Shown here: one piece after another, positions 19,018 through 28,761 of the stretch
How the letters are laid out: each line of letters begins with the position of its first letter
Numbering within the stretch: the first letter of the stretch is position 1
Source of the DNA: Candidatus Poribacteria bacterium
GTDB taxonomy: Bacteria; Poribacteria; WGA-4E; UBA9662
Assembly (NCBI GenBank): GCA_046582655.1
Contig: JAYGDX010000122.1
Coordinates: 1 to 51,878, forward strand
Reading direction: 5' to 3'
Length of the DNA stretch: 51,878 nt
The notes under the pieces: model-generated
Database searches by the model: none
The model's input: only the letters and a program-made list of their open reading frames with translations
What the model was told of the DNA's origin: nothing
Made by a program: the position numbers and the translations under genes

Positions 19018-20352
19018 ATGAGAATCCAACCGGTTGTTGAAATGGAAAGCGATATCTATTCCTTTGAACCTGCAAATAATGGGGCAGGACCGCTATGGTG
19101 TCATGGATCGACAATTATTGCCCGGACAGATGATACGGTTTATGTGGCAGGACTTGAGACTTTACCGGATCAGAAGCCATTACATAATTGTCGATGGTTG
19201 CTATTCCAAAATCAGCATGATGCATGGGAGCTAGTATATCGGGATGAAAGCGGACGGACACGTGAACCTTCACCTGTTGCACTCTTAGGAAATGGGGATT
19301 TGCTTGTTACTGCCAACCCGACGTTGACTCAGCCGGGAGAATATGGCGGTCCTGCTGAACCAACTGTTTTCCGATTTGACACACAAAACATCGAAACCAA
19401 GTGTACCAGAGAACTACCTGTTTGGAAAGATCAGCCGCGATTTACAGAACATTCATACCGAACTATTGTCGCTGATAGTGAACATAATGAAGTCCTCTAT
19501 ATCCAAAATGTTGGAATGGATGTTGCTCATATGTCGTTATTGGAGTTAGGCGAAAAGTGGACTGGTGTTGGGCATATCCGTTGGCCGTATGCGGATGAGT
19601 ACCAACAACCACAGCCCCTGCGTTTGTGCTATCCCAACGTCATTATGCATGATAGATCTGTACATTTCCTGGGTGTCAGTGATATTGTTGAACCAATTGA
19701 AGAATGGAAACACGCGAAATATGAGATCACTGGGCGTGAATGGGATTATGTTTTCCGCCGGCTCTTTTATGCGTATACGCCGGACATCAAGGATCAATCG
19801 TTTGTCCAATGGCTTGAAATTGTCAACCTTGATGCGACTGCGGGGCATGTATGGAACAATGATATTTGGCTCTCCTTGGATGGGACTGTCCATCTTATTT
19901 GGTGTGAAGCCAGTATGGATGCCCGGCTGAGAGAGCAATTTTTCCTAAATCAGGATCTTATGTATTGTTTAAAGTATATGACTATTCGTGATGGGGAAGT
20001 TCAAACGTGCCAGACGTTAAAACAAATTTGCGAACAGGAAGATGGGCGGCGTCCGCAGTCTGCCCGTTTCCATATTCTCTCAGATGGGACGCTGATTATA
20101 CTAGCGTCTTTCGTTCCTAACACACCGACTTCTGATCAGGTGGTAGCATACTGTCTAGCTGAAGTCCCTACCGAGGCAACCGACTTAAACTGGGTCGATG
20201 TGCTGTTTTCCTGTCCGTTCTCAGGTACTTTTCTTACCAATACGGTTCGAGGTGGATCTGCACCGTCTGATATCATTGATGTCGTTGGAATGTCACCGAA
20301 CAAAAGACACACCGTGGGATACGCTCGTATCCGAGTAGGTTTGGTCAGATGA
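19018..20352 (+). CDS. Hypothetical protein (possible beta-propeller)
   Basis: 444-aa ORF with an RBS, same strand as its neighbours, beta-rich composition; N-terminal FEPANNGAGPLWCHGS. Function not recognised. Confidence 0.75.
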   Translation: MRIQPVVEMESDIYSFEPANNGAGPLWCHGSTIIARTDDTVYVAGLETLPDQKPLHNCRWLLFQNQHDAWELVYRDESGRTREPSPVALLGNGDLLVTANPTLTQPGEYGGPAEPTVFRFDTQNIETKCTRELPVWKDQPRFTEHSYRTIVADSEHNEVLYIQNVGMDVAHMSLLELGEKWTGVGHIRWPYADEYQQPQPLRLCYPNVIMHDRSVHFLGVSDIVEPIEEWKHAKYEITGREWDYVFRRLFYAYTPDIKDQSFVQWLEIVNLDATAGHVWNNDIWLSLDGTVHLIWCEASMDARLREQFFLNQDLMYCLKYMTIRDGEVQTCQTLKQICEQEDGRRPQSARFHILSDGTLIILASFVPNTPTSDQVVAYCLAEVPTEATDLNWVDVLFSCPFSGTFLTNTVRGGSAPSDIIDVVGMSPNKRHTVGYARIRVGLVR

Positions 20353-20588
20353 TTGTATGGCAAAAGAGGAAATAAACGGTTCAAAGTCATATGAACTAGG
20401 CCGAATGGAAGATTTTTTCCGTTGGTGTTTGTCTCGAAGAAAGTTTTGTCGAATCTGCCGCAAAATGACGACTAGCTAATTTTTCAATAGATCTAACATC
20501 ATTATTGTCTGTATAGACTTGACGAATCGATAAAATTTTTTGGGAACCTGATTATGACGTTAAGCATGAACGGGAGCAGATAGAAATT

Positions 20589-21473
20589 ATGTCAATATCA
20601 TTATCGAAACTTCCAAAAAGGAGACTTGGACGAACAAATTTGGAGGTTACTTCACTAAGCATGGGTGGCGCTGGATTTGGTCGAAACGAAATTACTGACG
20701 ATCAGGCCATAGAAGCTGTCCATCGGGCGATTGAGTTGGGCATAAATTATCTTGACACTTCACCTCTTTACGGTGAAAGTGAGAGACGCGTTGGACTGGC
20801 TTTAAACGGAGGTTGGCGAAGAAAAGTCTACCTCGCCACTAAAACAGGCACACATCCCGAATGGCGTGGTGACTATTCCGCTTCCGGGACACGCAGGTCA
20901 GTTGAAAATAGCCTGCGTTTATTGAAAGCTGATTATCTTGATGTTTGTTTGGTTCATGATCCAACAAGTATGGCCCCAATTGTAGCCAAGGGGGGCGCGC
21001 TTGATGAATTACAAAAGATGCGTGAGGAGGGGTTGATCCATTTTATAGGTTTGGGGGTTCGCCAACATGATTTTCATGAAATTGCTATTAGAACTGGTGT
21101 TGTGGACGTAATTCTAACCTACCTTGATTATACTTTGCTCAACCAATCAGCGTCAAAAACCTTGATGCCGATTGCTAAAGAGAATGATATTGGCATTATC
21201 AACGGAAGTCCAATTGCAATGGGCTTACTGTCCTCTGCTGAACCAGACCCCGGCATCCACTCTCCAGATGGCGAACGTGCACATAAACTATGGTGTTGGG
21301 CACAAGAAAACAATCTCAGCCTTTTAGACCTTGCTATTCAGTTTTGTTTGCGTCAACCACTCATCGATACTGTTCTCACCGGTTCGAAAAATGCCTTGGA
21401 AGTCGAACAGAATTATAAAGCAGCGACAACTGAAATTCCTGATGAAGTCTGGAATCGAATGCCAAGTATCTGA
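20589..21473 (+). CDS. Aldo/keto reductase
   Basis: RRLGRTNLEV, GINYLDTSPLYG, LATK, SVENSLRLL and VHDP. Confidence 0.93.
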   Translation: MSISLSKLPKRRLGRTNLEVTSLSMGGAGFGRNEITDDQAIEAVHRAIELGINYLDTSPLYGESERRVGLALNGGWRRKVYLATKTGTHPEWRGDYSASGTRRSVENSLRLLKADYLDVCLVHDPTSMAPIVAKGGALDELQKMREEGLIHFIGLGVRQHDFHEIAIRTGVVDVILTYLDYTLLNQSASKTLMPIAKENDIGIINGSPIAMGLLSSAEPDPGIHSPDGERAHKLWCWAQENNLSLLDLAIQFCLRQPLIDTVLTGSKNALEVEQNYKAATTEIPDEVWNRMPSI

Positions 21474-21589
21474 GTTATGTTCCGTTCAAGCAATAAGATT
21501 GTCTCAGAATGTCTGACTATTCGTCAAAGTTCAGTTGATGTAAGAGCGGCATTTGAAGTAGAGATTTTGCCAATAAACGACATTGACAA

Positions 21590-21619
21590 TTGACAAATTT
21601 TGGGTTAACCTGCTATACT
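21590..21619 (+). promoter_or_regulatory. Sigma70-type promoter
   Basis: TTGACA (21590-21595; a second TTGACA at 21583), 18-nt spacer, extended -10 TGcTATACT. Confidence 0.7.
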
Positions 21620-21714
21620 ATCGCATCTTAAAGGATTTTATAATCTTCTCGATATTTTACGCATCCCCGACTTTTTTGCGACAGAGGAAAGAATTCTGAA
21701 TCTAGTAGGAGTCT

Positions 21715-22644
21715 ATGGAGGAAACGAATATGAATCGATTCAAAGGCATTGCCTTAACTTTTTCTTTAGTTTTTGTTGTGGTTTGGCTAGCTGGATGTGC
21801 TGGTTGTAACCCCCCTCCTTTGCCATCAGGAATGACCCCAACCAGTGGACCGGAAACCGGGGGAACCCTCGTTAAAATTACCGGTGAAGATTTTGATATG
21901 AAGAACGGTGTCATTGTAACTTTTGGTGGTAAAAGTGCCCAAAGCATAAATGTTCCCAGTAAAACTCAAGTCACCTGTGAAGCTCCTGCTGGTGAAGCTC
22001 CTGCTGGTATGGCTGGTAAAGAAGTGGAAGTTAAGGTGGCAAATAAAGGCCAACCAGAAGGAAAGAGAGAACAGATCACGGTACCACAGAAGTTTACTTA
22101 TACTGATGCCACACCGCCGGAGATCACTACTACAGATCCATCTGATAACGAGATCATTAGTGAATATGAAGATTCCATGCAGGTTATGAATTCGCTTTCG
22201 ATTACCTTTAATGAAGATGTTAATTCGGGGACCGGTTCGGTTTTTATTACTTCAGGCACTTCCGAAATTAGTGGTAAAGCAACAGGCAGCGGTAACACTA
22301 TTACGTTTACAGCTGATGAACATATGACTGCAGGTAACGCATACTCAATTACCGTTTCGAGTATCGAAGATGCTGCTGGGAATGCGCTGACGACACCGTA
22401 CAAGTTTAGCTTCACAATTCAAGCACCGGATAAAGTTAAATTCTATCAAGTACGTCCAGGTGATACACTACCAGCAATTGCAGTCCGTCCCGAAGTTTAT
22501 GGAAACAGCGACCGCAAGTACCAACTACGTTTGGTAGAAGCCAACCAAGACTATTATGATTTCAACCCCAATCGGTTGTTTGTAGGTCAGCAACTGATTG
22601 TTCCGAGAGGGAAAGCCTGGGGTGATGAAGGAGCTGAAGAATAG
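21715..22644 (+). CDS. Lipoprotein with IPT/TIG, Ig-like (Big_5) and LysM domains
   Basis: Lipobox LAGC; PTSGPETGGTLVKITG (IPT/TIG); DATPPEITTTDP...ITFNEDV...IEDAAGNAL (Big_5); YQVRPGDTL...EANQ...NPNRLFVGQQLIVP (LysM). Alternative start at 21730. Confidence 0.85.
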   Translation: MEETNMNRFKGIALTFSLVFVVVWLAGCAGCNPPPLPSGMTPTSGPETGGTLVKITGEDFDMKNGVIVTFGGKSAQSINVPSKTQVTCEAPAGEAPAGMAGKEVEVKVANKGQPEGKREQITVPQKFTYTDATPPEITTTDPSDNEIISEYEDSMQVMNSLSITFNEDVNSGTGSVFITSGTSEISGKATGSGNTITFTADEHMTAGNAYSITVSSIEDAAGNALTTPYKFSFTIQAPDKVKFYQVRPGDTLPAIAVRPEVYGNSDRKYQLRLVEANQDYYDFNPNRLFVGQQLIVPRGKAWGDEGAEE

Positions 22645-22714
22645 TTAAGCTGGTTTTACTCTAATTCACACTTCCGCTATGGTTCTGTCACCAAAATTGG
22701 GATGGGCAGAGAGG

Positions 22715-23290
22715 ATGAAAACCTTTTTTGTTGTTAAGTTGCTCGCGTGCGCCTTGTTCCTAGCGGCAGGGTGCAGTGTTCGGCCCATCCCGTTAGATCA
22801 ATCGATCGTTGAGCAGGATCCAGCAAGAGAGTACACTACCGAGTATGATGGCAGCTACTATAGCGTAGGTGGTATCAGCAACCCAAGATTTGTTGCCGAT
22901 GCTTGGCGGATGTCGCAATACTATCGAGATGGCGTTTCCCCTAATCAGTTGTTGCCATATCCATATGGCGGTCAGCCGCCTGATCGCTTAAATGTAGATC
23001 CGAATCCATACGATAGCTATCGCAGCAATGAAGCACCGATTCTGCGAGCACCAGCCCAAAATGCTACTCAGCCAACACGGAATGCTGTCAAGAGTGAAAG
23101 GCGTACGCGGAGTTCACGATCATCTAACTGGAAGCGGAATCGATTTGTTGATCGTACTGGAGCAAAGGAACGTCAAGTTCGCCATTCCTTAAAACAACGT
23201 CGTCAAGCTGAGAATATTGACGATGTTGATGAATCTAGTGAAGAATTATCTCGACGAATGACCCGACAACGTACCAGAAGACGAAAGTAA
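22715..23290 (+). CDS. Hypothetical lipoprotein with Arg-rich disordered C-terminus
   Basis: MKTFFVVKLLACALFLAAGC lipobox preceded by GAGAGG; Tyr/Pro-rich middle; basic tail ending RQRTRRRK. Confidence 0.75.
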   Translation: MKTFFVVKLLACALFLAAGCSVRPIPLDQSIVEQDPAREYTTEYDGSYYSVGGISNPRFVADAWRMSQYYRDGVSPNQLLPYPYGGQPPDRLNVDPNPYDSYRSNEAPILRAPAQNATQPTRNAVKSERRTRSSRSSNWKRNRFVDRTGAKERQVRHSLKQRRQAENIDDVDESSEELSRRMTRQRTRRRK

Positions 23291-23302
23291 AATAAGACTG
23301 TC

Positions 23303-24001
23303 CTACCCTTCCTCCCCTGTAGTGAGTTCCTCCAATCGTATAATTAGTGTTCCAAGTTGAAGTCGCAATATAAGCGTATATATTTGTAAGAGCATGGCGA
23401 TCTGTGCTTCGACCGTCACTTCGCTTTCCCGTATAAGATGTATACAATTCTCTGCTTTTTCTCGGATTTGATTGGTACGATCCAAGTCTGCCTCCGTGGT
23501 CTGTTGCGCACCCATCTTGATGAATTCCCAGATGCGGTTTTGGATTTCAAGAATGTAGTTGTCTGCTAATGAATGTCTTGACCTTTCCGCACTTTCGACC
23601 CAGATTGTATTCGATTTCCAATTCAGCATAAACGCGATGCTGTTGATAATAACATCTCGTATCGAATCCTCACCTGATATCAATTCTTCAAGATTGGTTA
23701 ATCCTTCAGCTTCAGCTGCAAGTGACCGCACGCGTGAGTATTCTTTAAGATTAGTAACAGTTTCCTCATTTTCCGCGATTAAGTTCCAGAGAGCTTCGCT
23801 TGTGCATAACATTGATTCTACCATGCGTGCCAAGTTGACTGATAAATCGGTTTGGATTATCAGAAGGTCCAACCCATGAAGTTGGCTTCGAAATCGCCAA
23901 ACTTGATCAAGCGTTGGAGGATCTTCTTGCTCGGCGACAATCGGCACTATATTTTGACGGATATAGGTAATGATATCGTTAGCAACACGTTCTGTGTTCA
24001 C
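23303..24001 (-). CDS. Hypothetical alpha-helical protein, translationally coupled to uvrB
   Basis: 232-aa ORF whose GTG start overlaps the uvrB TGA stop (GTGA). Confidence 0.75.
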   Translation of the reverse strand: MNTERVANDIITYIRQNIVPIVAEQEDPPTLDQVWRFRSQLHGLDLLIIQTDLSVNLARMVESMLCTSEALWNLIAENEETVTNLKEYSRVRSLAAEAEGLTNLEELISGEDSIRDVIINSIAFMLNWKSNTIWVESAERSRHSLADNYILEIQNRIWEFIKMGAQQTTEADLDRTNQIREKAENCIHLIRESEVTVEAQIAMLLQIYTLILRLQLGTLIIRLEELTTGEEG

Positions 24002-25983
24002 TTCTGTACAGCCTCTAATTCGGCAATTTGATCGCGGAAAATCGCTGCTTCTTCAAACTTCATTTTAATGGCTGCTTTTTGCATCTTCACCTTCAGTTCG
24101 GCAATTAGCGTTTCAGTATCTTGATCTTCATCCTCAATTTCATATAATATTGGTGACTCAGAGACTTGGAGTTTCATCATTTCTTCGGACGGGGTTTGGT
24201 CAATCATGTCACGAATCACTTTTTGGATGGTTTCTGGAGTAATATTGTTTGCTTCATTATATGCCATTTGAATCTTGCGTCGGCGTTTTGTTTCGCTGAT
24301 GGTATGTTCAATTGCTGGAGTCAAGTTGTCTGCGTAAAGAATGACTTCTCCTTCAACATTACGTGCAGCTCGTCCCGCTGTTTGAATTAATGATGTTTTT
24401 GATCGGAGAAAGCCTGCCTGATCTGCATCTAGGACTGCAACCAGCGAAACCTCCGGTAGATCTAGTCCCTCACGAAGCAGGTTAATCCCAATAAGTACAT
24501 CAAAGACGCCTTCGCGGAGCTCTTTCAGAATTTTAGCCCGTTCAAGCGTGTTGATATCAGAGTGTAGATAGTTAGCCTTAATTCCGACTTCTATGAAGTA
24601 TTCGCTTAGATCTTCCGCCGTCTGTTTGGTAAGCGTGGTTACTAAAACACGCTGATTGTTGGTGATGCGCTCTTTGGCAACACCAATCAGATGATCAACC
24701 TGCTGTGTAACAGGATGAATCGAAACCTTCGGGTCAATCAAGCCAGTCGGTCGGATAATTTGTTCGACAACCTGATTGCTGTGTTCCAACTCATAGGAAC
24801 CAGGTGTAGCGGAAACGAAAATCACCTGGTTAACAAGAGCTTCAAATTCTTCATAGCGAAGTGGGCGGTTATCCAGTGCGGATGGAAGCCGAAAACCATA
24901 ATTGACCAGTGTTTTCTTCCGCGACCGATCTCCTTTGTACATCCCATGAATTTGTGGTACAGTCACGTGTGATTCATCTATGATAATTAGCAGATCATCC
25001 GGGAAATAATTAACCAAACAATAAGGTGGCTCTCCAACCTTTAAGCCGGTGAAGTGCCTTGAGTAATTTTCGATACCCTGACAATACCCAGTTTCACGGA
25101 TCATTTCTAAATCGTATCTGGTTCGCTGCTCAATTCGTTGTGCCTCAAGCAATTTATCTTGGGATCTGAAGAACTCAATTTGTTCTTGTAGTTCGACTTC
25201 AATATCAAGTAGCGCTTGTTCCACACGCTCTTCCTCAGTCATAAAATGTTTGGCAGGAAAGATTATGAGCCTGTCATGATTGGTAAGAATTTCCCCGGTT
25301 AATGTATCAATTTCGATCATCCGATCAATTTCATCTCCAAATAATTCGATCCGATAAGCAACATCTGTATAAGCTGGAAATACTTCAATAACATCACCCT
25401 TGGCTCGGAAATTCCCACGAGAAAACCCGACCTCGTTCCGTTCGTATTGGATGTCAACTAGCATCCTGAGCAGATCACGCCTTCTTATGATATCACCAAT
25501 TTCAATTTCAACGCAGTGGTTACGATAGATTTCAGGATCGCCAAGACCATAGATACATGAAATACTAGCGACAGTAACAACGTCATGACGTGAAAGTACT
25601 GCTGCGGTTGAAGCTAAGCGTAACCGATTAATTTCCTCGTTGATATCGACCTCCTTCTCAACGTAGAAATCGGTTGTTGGTATATAGGCTTCGGGGCGAT
25701 AATAATCGTAATAACTGACAAAGTAGTGCACAGCGTTGTTTGGGAAAAAACCACGAAACTCATTATAAAGTTGAGCTGCGAGCGTTTTATTGGGCGAAAT
25801 AACCAATGTAGGTCGTTGCACGTTCTGAATAATATTTGCTATGGTGAAGGTTTTGCCCGAACCAGTCACACCGAGTAGAGACTGGAAGCGATTTCCACGA
25901 AGTAATCCTTTCGTTAGTTTGTCAATCGCTTGTGGTTGGTCCCCCTGTGGCAAATAATCCGAAACTAATTCAAATTTTTCCAT
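23998..25983 (-). CDS. uvrB: Excinuclease ABC subunit B
   Basis: GDQPQAI, LGVTGSGKT, YFVSYYDYYRPEAY, DESH, GINLLREGLDLPEV, GRAARN and a C-terminal UVR domain. Confidence 0.98.
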   Translation of the reverse strand: MEKFELVSDYLPQGDQPQAIDKLTKGLLRGNRFQSLLGVTGSGKTFTIANIIQNVQRPTLVISPNKTLAAQLYNEFRGFFPNNAVHYFVSYYDYYRPEAYIPTTDFYVEKEVDINEEINRLRLASTAAVLSRHDVVTVASISCIYGLGDPEIYRNHCVEIEIGDIIRRRDLLRMLVDIQYERNEVGFSRGNFRAKGDVIEVFPAYTDVAYRIELFGDEIDRMIEIDTLTGEILTNHDRLIIFPAKHFMTEEERVEQALLDIEVELQEQIEFFRSQDKLLEAQRIEQRTRYDLEMIRETGYCQGIENYSRHFTGLKVGEPPYCLVNYFPDDLLIIIDESHVTVPQIHGMYKGDRSRKKTLVNYGFRLPSALDNRPLRYEEFEALVNQVIFVSATPGSYELEHSNQVVEQIIRPTGLIDPKVSIHPVTQQVDHLIGVAKERITNNQRVLVTTLTKQTAEDLSEYFIEVGIKANYLHSDINTLERAKILKELREGVFDVLIGINLLREGLDLPEVSLVAVLDADQAGFLRSKTSLIQTAGRAARNVEGEVILYADNLTPAIEHTISETKRRRKIQMAYNEANNITPETIQKVIRDMIDQTPSEEMMKLQVSESPILYEIEDEDQDTETLIAELKVKMQKAAIKMKFEEAAIFRDQIAELEAVQK

Positions 25984-25993
25984 TTCCCCCCAG

Positions 25994-28405
25994 TTAATTA
26001 TGGGTATTGCATATCATCTTTGGTTCGTAATCAACGAGAAAAGCTTCAGATATAATCTGATTTTCAGGACATTCTTCTGATTGCAACAAACCGGTTTCCC
26101 TATCAATTTCACGAAAGGTAATTCCATCAGGTACACCAAAATCTTTCATTTCACTGCGTACGGCCTCTTTCATAAATCTTGCCCAAATTGGTAATGCAGC
26201 GTGCGCACCTTCATATTCTGTGCTTTTTTGAGGATCATCGAAACCAACCCAGACACCTACAGACAAGTTTGGATCGTATCCCACGAACCAAGCGTCTGTG
26301 AAATCGTTTGTAGTACCAGTTTTACCCGCAGCAGGACGCTTTAACCCCATGGTTCGAACACGTCGACCAGTTCCATTTCTAATTACCCCTTTAAGCAAAT
26401 TGGTCAGCAGATACGCAATTTTTTCATTCAACACACGGCGTCGCTGAACCGAGTTCTCAATTAAGATGTCTCCGTTACGATCTTCTACGTAGCGAATGCC
26501 AATTTGTTCGGTATGAATTCCATAGTTTGCAAATACAGCATAAGCATTAGTGAGTTCGATTAACCTAAGATCCGAGGCTCCTAGTGATAAAGCAGGATAA
26601 GGCAACAATCGACTTTTGACACCCATATTCTTAGCGAGTTGAACTGTTCGCCTTATACCTTCAGCGATACCGTTAAGATCAGTTTTCGTCTCATTCACCA
26701 ATCGTGCTGTGGCAACATTAATTGATTTTTCTAGGATTGTTCGAACGGTTACATCACCATGGTAACGTCCCTTGTAGTTGCTAGGTGCCCAACGTTTTCC
26801 GGGCATTCCTTCTGTAAACCATGGTTCATCAAAAACTATGGTCGCTGGTGTAGCCAGTGGCGGTTCTTGAAACATTGCAGCAAATACGATTGGTTTAAAT
26901 GCTGATCCAGGTTGACGTTGAGCTTGTACCGCTCGATTAAAAAAATTAATTTTTTGTCGTGTAATGTAATAGTCTCGGCCACCAACCATTGCTTTGATGT
27001 AACCTGTCCGTGGATCAATGGCTATTAAGGCTGCTTGAAGATAGCTTTCAATTGGATTAATTCCGGAATCTGAATTTTTGTTCTCATCATAGTCAGGTAA
27101 ATCTGCATAACCCTTATCTAACTCACGTAGATGATCGGCAACCGCGGTTTCAGCTACCTGCTGCATTGATAAATCAATGGTCGTATACACTTTCAGTCCA
27201 TTATTGTAAAGCTGACCTGCAAGCAAAGGGATATTTTTAAGTTGCTCGTGGACGTAATCAAGAAAATGGGATGATCCTCTGATTTGCTTGCTCTGTGACT
27301 TTTCCACACGAACTGGTTCAGCGACACTTTTCTGATATTGGCTATCCGAAATAAAGTTCTCATTCCTCATCAATCGAATGACAAGGTTACGTCGGCTTTT
27401 ACAATTTTCGGGATTCCGAATTGGAGAATAGCGCGGAGGTGATTTAGGGATTCCTGCCAAAGTCGCACATTCATGAATATCGAGTTCGGATGCCATTTTT
27501 CCAAAATAACTTTTTGCCGCTTCTTGAACACCAAGTAAATCACGTGAGCCATAACGTCCTAAATTGATAAAATTGAGGTAGCGTTCCATAATCTCATCTT
27601 TGGAGAAATAGGTTTCAATACGAACTGCCAGTAAAGCCTCCTTAATTTTCCTTACGTATCTTTGGTGTGGACTGAGGTAGATGTTTCGGGACAGTTGCTG
27701 AGTAATTGTACTTGCGCCTTGCGGATTTCCTTTGCCAAGGTTGCGAATATTATAGAAGAGAGACCCAAAAACACGGCGAATATCCACTCCCCAGTGTTCA
27801 TAAAAGCGTTTATCCTCAACCGCTAGAAAAGCTTGTATGAGCATCTCTGAAATCTCAGGCAAAGTCACAATTTCACGGGCTGCGCCACCTTTATCGTAAA
27901 TTTCGCTCATCAGTTCTGGCGCCAAGTCAAAACTTTTGATACGAACACCATTCTCTTTTTTAATTATTGCTATTTGTTTGTTATTTAAGGTGATATTGAC
28001 AACGTAAGGGTTCTTATCTACACGAGGATAGTGGAATCCTTGCAAGTATAAAAAGAGTTTTTTAGTATCTCCGTCTTCATCTACACCGAATGTATACTGA
28101 CCTGTTTTTAGACTTTCGAAATTGTTTTCAGGAACTTCCTCATACTCTAGGCGCTTCAATTTATTGATTAAAAAATCGATATCATCACCAATCTGGATAG
28201 TGGTGACAGCAGCATAAATTTCCAGATGTTGTTTCCAAGTGTCAACTTGATGATACTCAAGTTGATCTAAGTCAATTGTTTTGACATCGTTCCAAGATCG
28301 AAGTGTTACACCACAAATAAAACCAACTATAAAGAAAAAGGCAGCCATGCAAAAGATGAACGCAGCGTAAACACCTGTGACAACTTTCAGTAAGTGTTTG
28401 TTCAT
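25994..28405 (-). CDS. mrcB: Class A bifunctional penicillin-binding protein, PBP1B-like (with UB2H-like insert)
   Basis: N-terminal TM; transglycosylase motifs EDKRFYEHWG, GASTITQQL and RKIKE; transpeptidase motifs SAFK, SIN and KTG; an insert LINKLKRLEYEEV...GQY before the GT domain. ATG at 28405 preferred. Confidence 0.85.
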   Translation of the reverse strand: MNKHLLKVVTGVYAAFIFCMAAFFFIVGFICGVTLRSWNDVKTIDLDQLEYHQVDTWKQHLEIYAAVTTIQIGDDIDFLINKLKRLEYEEVPENNFESLKTGQYTFGVDEDGDTKKLFLYLQGFHYPRVDKNPYVVNITLNNKQIAIIKKENGVRIKSFDLAPELMSEIYDKGGAAREIVTLPEISEMLIQAFLAVEDKRFYEHWGVDIRRVFGSLFYNIRNLGKGNPQGASTITQQLSRNIYLSPHQRYVRKIKEALLAVRIETYFSKDEIMERYLNFINLGRYGSRDLLGVQEAAKSYFGKMASELDIHECATLAGIPKSPPRYSPIRNPENCKSRRNLVIRLMRNENFISDSQYQKSVAEPVRVEKSQSKQIRGSSHFLDYVHEQLKNIPLLAGQLYNNGLKVYTTIDLSMQQVAETAVADHLRELDKGYADLPDYDENKNSDSGINPIESYLQAALIAIDPRTGYIKAMVGGRDYYITRQKINFFNRAVQAQRQPGSAFKPIVFAAMFQEPPLATPATIVFDEPWFTEGMPGKRWAPSNYKGRYHGDVTVRTILEKSINVATARLVNETKTDLNGIAEGIRRTVQLAKNMGVKSRLLPYPALSLGASDLRLIELTNAYAVFANYGIHTEQIGIRYVEDRNGDILIENSVQRRRVLNEKIAYLLTNLLKGVIRNGTGRRVRTMGLKRPAAGKTGTTNDFTDAWFVGYDPNLSVGVWVGFDDPQKSTEYEGAHAALPIWARFMKEAVRSEMKDFGVPDGITFREIDRETGLLQSEECPENQIISEAFLVDYEPKMICNTHN

Positions 28406-28644
28406 TTCCCTAATTCTTAATTGGGATTTTACCAAGTATCTGGTGCTAAAACCGCACCAATTCCAGCACTGGCCAACAACGCAACATCACTTCTTTTATT
28501 ATACCATTTCTGAAAAATCATGATGCAAATCTGCCAAGGTAGCAGACAATAAGGTGGCGAAATTGATGCACCTAAAGGAGAGCTGAATGTTTATCGGACA
28601 CGGGGAAACAAGAGAGATAAAAAAAGTTTTTGTCATGATTTTTG

Positions 28645-28703
28645 TGGCTCAGGGTGTATGCTATAATCCTGAACAGTCTGATAGGCACACCCTACCCAAG
28701 CCA
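28645..28703. other. Long imperfect hairpin downstream of the dehydratase gene
   Basis: TGGCT..AGGGTGT..CTAT pairs with ATAG..ACACCCT..AGCCA. Confidence 0.45.
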
Positions 28704-28761
28704 TCGAAGTTGATCTAGATTAGCCGCTAATGGATAAAGGGTTTCCTGAGTTGTTTGGAAA

